A DNA stretch of 64,000 nt. Origin: an uncultured beta proteobacterium. GTDB taxonomy: Bacteria; Pseudomonadota; Gammaproteobacteria; Burkholderiales; SG8-41. The stretch is taken from positions 146,734-210,733 of the forward strand of contig CAWHFX010000019.1 of NCBI GenBank assembly GCA_963828715.1, written 5' to 3'. A program made the translations under genes and the position numbers. Below are positions 9,442 to 18,588 of the stretch, piece after piece (positions within the stretch are counted from its first letter, which is position 1; each line of letters starts with the position of its first letter). The notes under the pieces were generated by a model that saw only the letters and a program-made list of their open reading frames with translations, had not been told where the DNA came from and did not search any database.

Positions 9442-9597
9442 ACGTCACGTCCCGCAAGGGTCTCCAGAGCAGCGATACAATGCATTCACCTTGATGGCAA
9501 CTTCAGTACGATCACGCAGCGCCTGCCAGGGCGCACGCTGCTCAGAGACGATCAACGGGCATCTCAGTCAGGCGTGGGCCGGTGACAGCCTGCTCTG

Positions 9598-11178
9598 ATG
9601 TCCCGCGCTCCTGAAACGTCCGAGGTTCTGTTCGCCCGCTACGGGCCGCGCTATCGCATTTACGTCACCGTGGTGGCGTTGCTCGGGACGATATCGGCCA
9701 TCCTGACCACCACCACGGTCAATGTCGCGCTGCCCGACATCATGGGCGCTTTCGGGATCGGGCAGGACCGCGCTCAGTGGATTTCAACGGGCAACCTTGC
9801 AGGCCAGACCATCGGGCAGTTGCTCAGCGCATGGCTGATCGACAGCTTCGGCCAGCGCAAGACCTTCGTGGGCGGCCTATGCATCTTCGTCGTCTCGCTG
9901 CTGGTCGCCGCGCTCAGTCCGAACGAAGTGGTGCTGACCTTCGCACGTGTGCTCCAGGGCTTGTTGGCGGGCGTGCTGCAGTCGCTGACGCTCTTTACGT
10001 TGTTCAGTGTGTTCCCGCCGGCGCAACGCGGGATGGCGATGGGCTACTACAGTATCAACGTCATCCTCGGTCCGGCGCTCGGGCCGACGCTCGGCGGCGT
10101 CCTTATCGAGCTCTTCAACTGGCGCTACGTGTTTTACATGGGCCTGCCGTTCAGCGTTTTCGGGATTCTCTTCGGCAGCCTGTTGCTCCCGGAACGCGAG
10201 GCGACGGGCAGGCGCACCAACTTCGACTGGCTTGGTTTCGCCTTGTTGTGCATGACCATCTCGTCCCTGCTCGTCGGCTTATCAAACGGGCAACGCGAAG
10301 GTTGGAGTTCGGATTTCGTCGTGCATCTGCTCGTACTCGCAGCCATGGCAGGAATCGCATTCGTCGTGTGGGAGCTGCGTGCGCCACAGCCTCTGGTCAA
10401 CCTGCGCGTGTTGAGGACCGGCAAGTTTGCGGCTGCGGCCTGCGTGGCAGTCGTTTTCGGCATGGGGCAGTTCGGCACAACCTTCCTCATACCCTTGTTC
10501 GTGCAGACGATTCAGGGTCTGACACCGCTCGATGCCGGACTGCTGCTCATGCCCGGCGCTCTGCTGCTCGGCTTGTTCATGCCGCTGGGCGGATACCTGT
10601 GTGATCGAGTGCCGCCACGGACGCTGCTCGTGGGAGGATTGCTGTTGTTCGCTGCATCGGCCTACTGGATGCGTGACATCGATGTGAATACTTCGTTCTC
10701 GCTCATGCTCGGCTGCGTAGTGGTAAGCCGTCTCGGGCAGGCGCTCATCAACCCCACACTGAACGCCACCGCAATGCGCTCGCTGCACACGACGCAACTC
10801 AGGCAGGGCGCGGGAATGATCAATTTCTCACGGCAGCTCGGCGGCGCATTCGGAGTGAACCTGCTGTCCGTCGCGCTGGATCGCCGATCCTTCTTTTACA
10901 GCGATGCGCTCGCCAGCACCGAAACGGCAGCTAACACGGCTACAACCGAATTACTGCATCGGCTCGAAGGCGTGCTCGCGCAGGCAGGAGCACCGCCCGA
11001 CCTGCAATCGGCCGGCGCGCTGTATTTCCTGGGGAATGTGGTCTATGCCCAGGCTTACACCCTGGCATTCCGCGACTGTTTCCTGATCGTCACGCTGGTG
11101 TTCATGCTGGCAACGATCCCGGCGTGGCTCATGGGAACCAAGTGGCGATCGAGCGAGAGCGCGAAACAGGCTGACTGA
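9598..11178 (+). CDS. DHA2 (EmrB/QacA) MFS efflux permease
   Basis: TTTVNVALPDI, ARVLQG, GPALGPTLGG, WRYVF, PLVNLRV, RQLGGAFG; many TM segments. Confidence 0.92.
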   Translation: MSRAPETSEVLFARYGPRYRIYVTVVALLGTISAILTTTTVNVALPDIMGAFGIGQDRAQWISTGNLAGQTIGQLLSAWLIDSFGQRKTFVGGLCIFVVSLLVAALSPNEVVLTFARVLQGLLAGVLQSLTLFTLFSVFPPAQRGMAMGYYSINVILGPALGPTLGGVLIELFNWRYVFYMGLPFSVFGILFGSLLLPEREATGRRTNFDWLGFALLCMTISSLLVGLSNGQREGWSSDFVVHLLVLAAMAGIAFVVWELRAPQPLVNLRVLRTGKFAAAACVAVVFGMGQFGTTFLIPLFVQTIQGLTPLDAGLLLMPGALLLGLFMPLGGYLCDRVPPRTLLVGGLLLFAASAYWMRDIDVNTSFSLMLGCVVVSRLGQALINPTLNATAMRSLHTTQLRQGAGMINFSRQLGGAFGVNLLSVALDRRSFFYSDALASTETAANTATTELLHRLEGVLAQAGAPPDLQSAGALYFLGNVVYAQAYTLAFRDCFLIVTLVFMLATIPAWLMGTKWRSSESAKQAD

Positions 11179-11204
11179 TCGCGCCCGCTGGATACGTCTC
11201 CTTT

Positions 11205-12077
11205 TCACTTCATGAATCGCTCCTGCCAGCGCTTGAACTCATCCGTCCGGTTCACTGCCTCGATGAGCTCCTGCGCCGCCGAGCGATCCTTGAGTGCTGC
11301 AGGAGAACCGCCGTCCTTGAGATGCTTGAGCCCGTCATGGAGCGTCTTGACGGTCATCGCATAGATCGAGAGTCCGAGGAAGAAGATGCGCACACCGTGC
11401 GCGGCAAGAAAGCCCGGAGCACTGTCGTCATCCGGCGGGGCGCCAAGCACGAAAAGCGGCAGTGACGTCGTGCGATGCAGCGCTTCGATGTCCGCGCGGC
11501 CTCCCGGAAGCCGCGGCAGCATGATCGCTTCCGCCCCCGTCTCCGAGTATGCGTGGATGCGCTCCAGCGCCTGATCGAGCGGCAACTGCGCAAGCGCGAG
11601 AGTGCGCGCAACGATCACGGTCGCAGGATCGCGACGCGCCTCCACCGCGGCCCTGAGCTTATCTACGTGCTCCTCTAGCGGAACCATCAACGCGTGGCGC
11701 GATTCCGCTTCACCGAATCGACTCGGCACCCGATTGTCCTCCAGCTCGATCGCAACCACGCCGGTCGCCTCGAGCTCTCGCACGGTGCGATACACGTTCA
11801 TCGCATTGCCGCCGCCTTCGTCCGCATCAGCGATGAGGCACATGTCGGAAACCCGATTGATGCGCCAGCACAGGTCGACGAGATCGGAGATGTTGGCGAG
11901 CGGCACGCCGTCGGGCACGGCGAGGTTGGCGAATTTGCCGACCGACCCCGAGAGCTTGCAGACCTCCCATCCGAGCATGTCGGCGATGCGCGCCGACAGC
12001 GGATCGAACACCGGCGCGGCGCGCGTACATTCGGGCCGGGCGAGGATCTGGCGAAATCGTTCACGAGCGGTGGCCAC
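11205..12077 (-). CDS. Isocitrate lyase/PEP mutase family protein (oxaloacetate decarboxylase-like)
   Basis: VFDPLSARIA, LAVPD, IADADEG, IELED, IVART; GGAGGT RBS. Confidence 0.85.
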   Translation of the reverse strand: MATARERFRQILARPECTRAAPVFDPLSARIADMLGWEVCKLSGSVGKFANLAVPDGVPLANISDLVDLCWRINRVSDMCLIADADEGGGNAMNVYRTVRELEATGVVAIELEDNRVPSRFGEAESRHALMVPLEEHVDKLRAAVEARRDPATVIVARTLALAQLPLDQALERIHAYSETGAEAIMLPRLPGGRADIEALHRTTSLPLFVLGAPPDDDSAPGFLAAHGVRIFFLGLSIYAMTVKTLHDGLKHLKDGGSPAALKDRSAAQELIEAVNRTDEFKRWQERFMK

Positions 12078-12100
12078 CTTTCACCTCCTGTATCTGCAAG

Positions 12101-13129
12101 TCATTCCATCCGCGCGCCCGACAGCTTGACCACTCTCGCCCACTTCGGAACCTCGGCGGCCATATAAGCCGCGAACGCCTCGGGCGTACTGCCCACCACC
12201 TCGTTGCCGTCGTTCGCAAGGCGAAGTTTGACTTCGGGTGCGTTCAGCGCTTTCGAGAACGCGTCATGAAGGCTCGTGATAATGCGCTTCGATGTCCTGG
12301 CGGGCGCCAGAACACCATACCAGCTCGTCACCTCGAATCCGGGCACGCCTGCTTCCGCTATCGTAGGCAGTTCGGGTGCGACGGCCGAGCGCTTCACGCC
12401 GCTGACGGCGAGCGCTCTCACCTTCCCCGCCTTCACCTGAGGCAACGTGAACGAGACGTTGCTGAAAAGCATGGCGACTTCGCCGGACATCAGCGCAACG
12501 AGCGCAGGCCCTCCGCCCTTATACGGCACGTGCACCATGTCGATGCCGGCGAGGTCCTTGAGCAACTCCGCGCCGAGGTGCGTCGCGTTGCCGTTACCGC
12601 CCGAACCGTAGTTCAGCTGTCCCGGCTTCGCCTTGGCCAGAGCGATCAGATCCTTGACTGTTTTCGCCGGCAGCCCCGGATAGATGCCGAGCAGGTAGGC
12701 CTGAGACGTGAGCTGCGTGATCGGCGCGAAGTCCCTGATCGCATCGAACGGCAGCTTTGCAAAGAAGCTGGGGTTGATCACGTGGCCGCTCGTGGCGAGC
12801 AGCAGCGTGTATCCGTCCGGCGCCGCCTTTGCCACCGCATCGGTTCCGCCGATCGTCGTTCCGCCGCCGCGGTTGTCTACCACGACGGGCTGCCCGTACG
12901 CCTCCGAAAGCTTCTGGCCCATCGCACGCGCCACGATGTCTGCGCCACCGCCCGGCGCGAAGGGAACGACCAGTCGGATCGGCTTGCTCGGATAGGCGGA
13001 TGCTGCACTCGCATCCTGGCTGCGTGTTTGTGACGAGCCTGGCGTCGCGGCGATACTCGATGAGAGAGCGACGACCAGCACGGCCATCCATCTTGACGCG
13101 CCTGTCGGACTCTTATCGGATTGCGTCAT
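12101..13129 (-). CDS. Bug/TctC substrate-binding protein
   Basis: YPSKPIRLVVPFAPGGGAD, PDGYTL, LNYGSGG, HVPYKGG; start uncertain. Confidence 0.93.
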   Translation of the reverse strand: MTQSDKSPTGASRWMAVLVVALSSSIAATPGSSQTRSQDASAASAYPSKPIRLVVPFAPGGGADIVARAMGQKLSEAYGQPVVVDNRGGGTTIGGTDAVAKAAPDGYTLLLATSGHVINPSFFAKLPFDAIRDFAPITQLTSQAYLLGIYPGLPAKTVKDLIALAKAKPGQLNYGSGGNGNATHLGAELLKDLAGIDMVHVPYKGGGPALVALMSGEVAMLFSNVSFTLPQVKAGKVRALAVSGVKRSAVAPELPTIAEAGVPGFEVTSWYGVLAPARTSKRIITSLHDAFSKALNAPEVKLRLANDGNEVVGSTPEAFAAYMAAEVPKWARVVKLSGARME

Positions 13130-13234
13130 CTCAGGTCCCCGCATCAATTCGCCGCATCCGGTTGACGCCATAGAATGCAGCGCGCATAGACAGCCTGCGT
13201 GCGCTGTCCGCAATCACGCGTTCCCGAAACTCTT

Positions 13235-14653
13235 ATGAAAGCTCGCGCCATGCCGAAGAAAGCGCCGGAAGTATCGCACACGATGCAGACGCTGAGCACC
13301 TACATCGCGGGCGCGTTGCGCAAGACGTTGCCGAGCGAAGTCATCGAGTCCGCCAAGCTGCACCTGCTCGACACGCTGGCATCGATCGTATCGGGCTCAC
13401 GTCTCATACCCGGCAGACGAGCAACCCTCTACATCAAGACGCTCGGCGGAACCAGAGAGGCGTGCGTGCCGGGTACGCGCATCGTCACCACCGCAGTCAA
13501 CGCCGCACTCGCCAACGGGATGTTCGCGCACGCCGACGAAACCGATGATTCGCACGCCGCGGGAATGTTTCACCCGGGCGCGTGCATCGTTCCGGCCGCG
13601 CTCGCACTGGCAGAACGCAACGGAGCAGGCGGTACTGCACTGCTGCGCGCGATGGTCGTTGGATATGACGTCGGTGCGCGGCTCGCCATGGCGTTGAAGC
13701 CGATCGACTTCTTCCTGCGCGGTCACCATACACCGAGCTTCGGTGGGCTGTTCGGCGCCACCGCGGCCGCCGGCGCGATGATGCGGCTCAACCCTACGCA
13801 GACGCGCTATATGCTGTCGTATGCCGCTCAACAGGCTGCCGGACTCGCGTGTCTCCTCAGGGACCCGGAACATGTCGAGAAGGCGTTCGACATGGCTGGC
13901 GCCCCCGCGCACAACGGCGTTCAGGCGGCCCTGTTCGCAGCGCATGGCTTCACGGGCGTGGCAGACGTGTTCTCGGGCGACCGCAATTTCTTCGGGACCT
14001 TTGCGCCCGACGGCGACCCAGCCAGGCTGGTTAGCGGTCTGGGCAAGACATACGAGATCCTGAACTCATCGATCAAGAAATGGTGCGTGGGCGCGCCGAT
14101 ACTCGCGCCGATGGACGCGCTCGAGACGCTCGCGAAGGAGCATCCGTTCGCCGTGGATGACGTCGAAAAGGTGTCGATCACGATCCCCGAAAAGGAAGCT
14201 GCGATCGTCAACAACAGGGCTGCGCCGGATATCAGCCTGCAACACATGGTCGCGCTGATGCTGCTCGACGGCCGCGTGACATTCGAGTCGGCGCATGATT
14301 TCAAGCGCATGCGCGATCCACGCATCGCCAGGCTCAAGTCACGGATCGACCTGGTCGGCAGTGCCAGAATGACGGATCCCCTGCGACGCTGGCATGCCGA
14401 GGTCCGGATCCAGCTGCGCGACGGACGCACGCTCCGGCACTACACGTACGCCGCACGCGGAAGCAGCTACAACCCGCTGGATCGCGACGAAGAGAACACA
14501 AAGGCGCTCGACCTGCTCGCCCCGATTCTGGGCACGAGGCGCGCACGGGCGCTGATCGATACCGTGTGGCGCATCGACAAAGTCGCGGACGTTCGCGAAC
14601 TGCGTAAGGTCTATTGCGTGGACGAGCGTGGAGGCAAGGCGGAAATGCGTTGA
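13235..14653 (+). CDS. MmgE/PrpD family protein
   Basis: HLLDTL, AALANGMFAHADETDDSH, HPG, GYDVG, SIKKW. Confidence 0.9.
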   Translation: MKARAMPKKAPEVSHTMQTLSTYIAGALRKTLPSEVIESAKLHLLDTLASIVSGSRLIPGRRATLYIKTLGGTREACVPGTRIVTTAVNAALANGMFAHADETDDSHAAGMFHPGACIVPAALALAERNGAGGTALLRAMVVGYDVGARLAMALKPIDFFLRGHHTPSFGGLFGATAAAGAMMRLNPTQTRYMLSYAAQQAAGLACLLRDPEHVEKAFDMAGAPAHNGVQAALFAAHGFTGVADVFSGDRNFFGTFAPDGDPARLVSGLGKTYEILNSSIKKWCVGAPILAPMDALETLAKEHPFAVDDVEKVSITIPEKEAAIVNNRAAPDISLQHMVALMLLDGRVTFESAHDFKRMRDPRIARLKSRIDLVGSARMTDPLRRWHAEVRIQLRDGRTLRHYTYAARGSSYNPLDRDEENTKALDLLAPILGTRRARALIDTVWRIDKVADVRELRKVYCVDERGGKAEMR

Positions 14654-15126
14654 GCGAGCGTGATCGCGAAGTTCGCAGGCGCCTGACAACTCCAGTCCAG
14701 CGTGTGTATCCGATCGCTGATGAGCCAGCCGTTGTCCTGGCGGCGCATCCTGTCGAGATAACGCAGACTGCGCATCTGCACGATGTCGCCGCCGGCCTCA
14801 TCCACTTCGACCAGAAAAGCGATGGCGTTCGTCTCCGTCTCCGCGACATCGCCCTGGATAAGATTGATGTTGAGATTGCCCATGAAATGCGTGGTCATCT
14901 TCAACTTCGATTCCGGAATTCGCTTGAAGGTCCGAAACCCGCGCATCATGTCTTCGATGCCTGTCACCGGCGGGCGGTGGTCGTACTTTGCCCGAACATC
15001 ATCGGTGAAACACGTGCGCACCTGGGCGGGGTCGCAGCGGTCGAGCCCGTGAAAATAACGACGCAGCAGATCCTCGATGGCGGCGCGGTCGAGGAGATAT
15101 TGGATTTCAGCAGAACGTTCGGACAT
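14611..15126 (-). CDS. SnoaL/NTF2-like protein
   Basis: LLDRAAIEDLLRRYFHGLDR, CFTDD, TTHFMGN, RYLDRMRR, WLISDR; GGAGGG RBS; 43-bp convergent overlap with the MmgE gene. Confidence 0.85.
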   Translation of the reverse strand: MSERSAEIQYLLDRAAIEDLLRRYFHGLDRCDPAQVRTCFTDDVRAKYDHRPPVTGIEDMMRGFRTFKRIPESKLKMTTHFMGNLNINLIQGDVAETETNAIAFLVEVDEAGGDIVQMRSLRYLDRMRRQDNGWLISDRIHTLDWSCQAPANFAITLAQRISALPPRSSTQ

Positions 15127-15226
15127 ACTTCCCCTCCACTCTTCGCGGCAGCGGAGGGAAGTATAGCGACAGGAGCAAGTGCGCGTCAGATGGCGCACGA
15201 GGATAATCGGGAGAGGAGGTCATGAG

Positions 15227-16186
15227 ATGGATCGCGTAATGACTGCGAAAGAAAAGGGCCGCCGAACATTTCTCAAGCTTGCGACCGCTGGTTCGTTGAC
15301 GGCGGCCGGCGTCCTTCGCCCGACAGTCACGCATGCACAGCACAGTGTGCCGAATTCCGCGGGGACCGAAGCGCCCAGGACCAAAGCGCCGGCAAACGCC
15401 GCCGATTGCCACATCCACATCTATGATGCGCAGTTCAAGTCTGCCGTTCCGGCGCTGCCGGGCGCGACCGTTCAGGATTACCGGCTCTTCCAGAAGCGCA
15501 TCGGTACTTCGCGCGTCGTGATCGTCACTCCACGCAACTACCAGGTCGACAACACCGTCACGGTGGAAGCAATCAAGCAGTTCAAAGGCAACGCGCGCGG
15601 AGTGGCCGTCATTCGACCCGATGTGACGGACGCTGAATTGAAGCGTCTGGACGCCGGCGGCATTCGCGGCATACGTTTCACAGTCGGCGACCCGAAGGTG
15701 GCCGTCGTGTCGATCGACATGATCGAGCCGCTCGCGAAACGCATCGCCGATCTCGGGTGGCACGTGCAGTTGAACATGACGCGCGAGCAGATCGTGGACA
15801 ATGCAGACCTGTTGAACCGCCTGCCGACTCAGATCGTCTTCGATCACCTCGGACAACTCAAGGCGCCCGCAGGGATCGAGCATCCGGCCTACGGCGTCAT
15901 ACGGAAGCTGATCGACAAAAGCCGCACGTGGGTGAAGCTCTCGGGCGCTTACTCGAACACGCTGATCGGGCCTCCCACGTACGCGGATGCCACCAAAGTG
16001 GCGCAGGCGTACGTGAAGGCGGCGCCGGAACGCCTGGTATGGGGGAGCGATTGGCCGCATCCGAGCGAAGCGCAGCACAAGCCGGACGATGCCGTGCTGT
16101 TCGACTTGCTCGCGGTCTGGGCACCGGTCGAAGCAACGCGAAATCGCATACTCGTCACCAATCCCGAAGCGCTCTATCGGTTCTGA
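15227..16186 (+). CDS. Amidohydrolase family (LigI/lactone isomerase-like) with Tat signal
   Basis: GRRTFLK twin-Arg; DCHIHIY, GIRGIRF, WHVQ, FDHLG, WVKLSG, WGSDWPH; GGAGGT RBS. Confidence 0.9.
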   Translation: MDRVMTAKEKGRRTFLKLATAGSLTAAGVLRPTVTHAQHSVPNSAGTEAPRTKAPANAADCHIHIYDAQFKSAVPALPGATVQDYRLFQKRIGTSRVVIVTPRNYQVDNTVTVEAIKQFKGNARGVAVIRPDVTDAELKRLDAGGIRGIRFTVGDPKVAVVSIDMIEPLAKRIADLGWHVQLNMTREQIVDNADLLNRLPTQIVFDHLGQLKAPAGIEHPAYGVIRKLIDKSRTWVKLSGAYSNTLIGPPTYADATKVAQAYVKAAPERLVWGSDWPHPSEAQHKPDDAVLFDLLAVWAPVEATRNRILVTNPEALYRF

Positions 16187-16236
16187 GTTCCCGGGTCGAA
16201 GCGCAGCAGCGCTCTTTTTGCTACGGAAACGTTCAC

Positions 16237-17571
16237 ATGACGATCGCCGCCGCGTTCGCGAAGTTCGCTCTGGACAGCCGCTTCGAAGCTATTCCGCCGC
16301 GCGCCATCGATCACGCGAAGTTCGTGATTGCGAGCACGATCGCCAGCGCCGCCAGTGGACGCGATATCGAATCGGCACGGGCCTTTCGCGAGTTGGCGCG
16401 GGAGCGCGGCGGGACGCCGCAGGCAACCCTCTGGTTCGACGCGGGACCGAAGCTGCCCGTCATGGATGCCGCGCGCGCGAACGCAATCATGAGCGACGCG
16501 GCCGCCTCCGACGACACCGATCTCGCTGCGCATGCGCACCTGGGCACCGTCACGTCAGCGACGGCCATCGCGATGGCTGAGCGCGAGCGCGCATCCGGCC
16601 GCGATCTCCTCGCGGCAGTCGTGCTCGGTTACGAGGTGGGGCATCGTATCGGCGAGCGCATCGAACCTGCCGATGCGGGTTTTCACCCCGGGGTCATCAC
16701 GATTTTCGCGGCGACGGTCGCGGCGGCGAGGCTCATGAAACTCACGCCTGCGCAGATGACGCAGGCGATCGCGCTCGCCGCCACCTCGATCGGCGGCAAC
16801 CGTGCAGCCGCCAACATAAGCTGCGCGCGTGACTACGATGCGGCACTGTCGTCCATGCTCGCCGTAACGGCCGCGATGTCCGCGGCCAGAGGCATGACCG
16901 CCGCAGCGGAAGTGTTCGAGATGCCACGCGGCTACTTCGACGTTTTCGGTGGCCGGAATATAGAGAATATCGCGGACGGGCTCGGTGAGTCGTGGGGCAT
17001 CGTCGACGATCTCGCCATCAAGCTCATGCCGGGCGCGTGGATCAATCATGCCCTCGCCGAAGCGGCGTGGACCTGCGCCATCGAGGGCGACATCAAACCC
17101 GAACAGGTGGCGCGCATTACGGCGCAGACTCGCAGGTCACCGCGTCACCTCCTCTATCATCCGACCGATCTCACCGGTGTGGCCCACAGCCTGCCGTACA
17201 TGGTCGCCGCGGCTATCGTCGATCGCAGCTATTCGTGGCAGCACGTCGAGCCCGGGAAGTTCATGGATCCGCTCATCGGCGCGCTGCAGGACAAGGTCGC
17301 GGGCAGCGATGAAGCGTCGCCTTACGCGAGCCGCGGCGGCGGGACGCTCACGATTACGCTGCACGATGGCCGCTCCTTCTCCCGTACCTTCGAGGCACCG
17401 CCCGGCTCCGGACCGCGTGGGATCGAACGAGCGGATATCGAGGCGAAGTATCGCGCGCTCACGCGGCAGGGTGGCATGTCGGAGCAGAACATCGCAAAGA
17501 GCCTGGAGATAATCCATCGACTCGACGAGGCGGCGTCGGTCTCGTCACTGGTCGAGTTATTGCGCCTATAG
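16237..17571 (+). CDS. MmgE/PrpD family protein
   Basis: Start at ATG 16237; AARANA..SDAAASDD, AHLG, GYEVG, GFHP, AIKLMP, HSLPY. Confidence 0.85.
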   Translation: MTIAAAFAKFALDSRFEAIPPRAIDHAKFVIASTIASAASGRDIESARAFRELARERGGTPQATLWFDAGPKLPVMDAARANAIMSDAAASDDTDLAAHAHLGTVTSATAIAMAERERASGRDLLAAVVLGYEVGHRIGERIEPADAGFHPGVITIFAATVAAARLMKLTPAQMTQAIALAATSIGGNRAAANISCARDYDAALSSMLAVTAAMSAARGMTAAAEVFEMPRGYFDVFGGRNIENIADGLGESWGIVDDLAIKLMPGAWINHALAEAAWTCAIEGDIKPEQVARITAQTRRSPRHLLYHPTDLTGVAHSLPYMVAAAIVDRSYSWQHVEPGKFMDPLIGALQDKVAGSDEASPYASRGGGTLTITLHDGRSFSRTFEAPPGSGPRGIERADIEAKYRALTRQGGMSEQNIAKSLEIIHRLDEAASVSSLVELLRL

Positions 17572-17585
17572 CACCTCGACTCGCT

Positions 17586-17918
17586 CGCTCGCTCGCGGCA
17601 GCGTTCGAGGGTGACGACATCCTGACGGTCGAGGGACTCGCGCGGGCTGGCGTGCTTCATCCGATGCAGGCCGCGTTCGTCGAACACGACGCGTTTCAGT
17701 GCGGGTACTGCACGCCCGGTCAGCTCTGCTCGGCGGTTGCACTTCTCGCTGAGATCGACGCGGGAAGTGTCAGCGCTGCGACCGAAGACGTGCGCGCGCT
17801 CGAGCACCTCCCGCTGACGGATGAGGAGATTCGCGAACGCATGAGCGGAAATATCTGTCGCTGCGGCGCGTACCCGAACATCGTTGCCGCCGTGAAAAAG
17901 GTCGGTACGAGCGCATGA
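17586..17918 (+). pseudogene. 5'-truncated aldehyde oxidoreductase 2Fe-2S subunit (PaoA/YagT-like)
   Basis: LTVEGL...LHPMQAAFVEHDAFQCGYCTPGQ...MSGNICRCGAY; the first Fe-S domain is absent. Confidence 0.85.
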
Positions 17919-18065
17919 GTCCGTTCGCTTACTCCCGCGCCGCCGACATCGATTCCGCGATACAGAACGGCGCTGAGCAATCCACGAAGTATCTCGGTGG
18001 CGGAACCAATCTGCTCGATCTCATGAAAGGCGGCATCGAGCGTCCGCTCCGACTGGTGGACAGCC
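17915..18065 (+). pseudogene. N-terminal fragment of FAD subunit (PaoB/YagS-like)
   Basis: MSPFAYSRA...YLGGGTNLLDLMK..ERPLRLVD then similarity stops; ATGA overlap with the upstream fragment. Confidence 0.85.
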
Positions 18066-18084
18066 GAAGCGCGCGCTACCACTC

Positions 18085-18495
18085 GATGCCGGGGTCAGGG
18101 GGCTCGCCCGACGGTGGCGAGTGTTGGTCCTGCCGTGAAGGCTGCCTGTGATCAGGCGCTGCAGAAACTGATTGCGATGGCGGTGGCCGGACGGGACACA
18201 CCGCTCGCGGGCGCACGGCCGGAGGATGTGATCGCACGCAACGGACGCCTCGTACTTCAAAGCGATTCCAGGCGCGCCGAATCGTTCGCCGCCATCATCG
18301 CGCGCAACGGTGGCACGCCGATCGAAGCCGAGGCAGAAGCGAAGGAAGGGGAAGAAAAGGAAAAATTCGCGACGCGGTCCTGGGGTGCGGTGTTTATCGA
18401 AGTGCGCGTTCGACGAAGCGCTCGGGCACATCTCCGTGCCGCGCATTGTTGCGACCTACAGCGTCGGTCGCCTGCTCAATGCGAAGCTCGCCCAC
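18085..18495 (+). pseudogene. Internal fragment of molybdopterin subunit (PaoC/YagR-like)
   Basis: ASVGPAVKAAC...SWGAVFIEVRV / DEALGHISVPRIVATYSVGRLLNAKLAHS with a frameshift; both ends are missing. Confidence 0.8.
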
Positions 18496-18588
18496 AGTGC
18501 AGCCGAACAGGGCGAGCGTGGCTCCGCCTATAATCGGAAGCGCACATGAAGCCTCGTGTGCCGTCCTGTCGAAGAAGAGCCGCTGCCC

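Noticed and set aside
15757..16236. N-terminal extension of the 604-aa MmgE ORF
   Set aside because: Out-of-frame overlap with the amidohydrolase; similarity begins at ATG 16237
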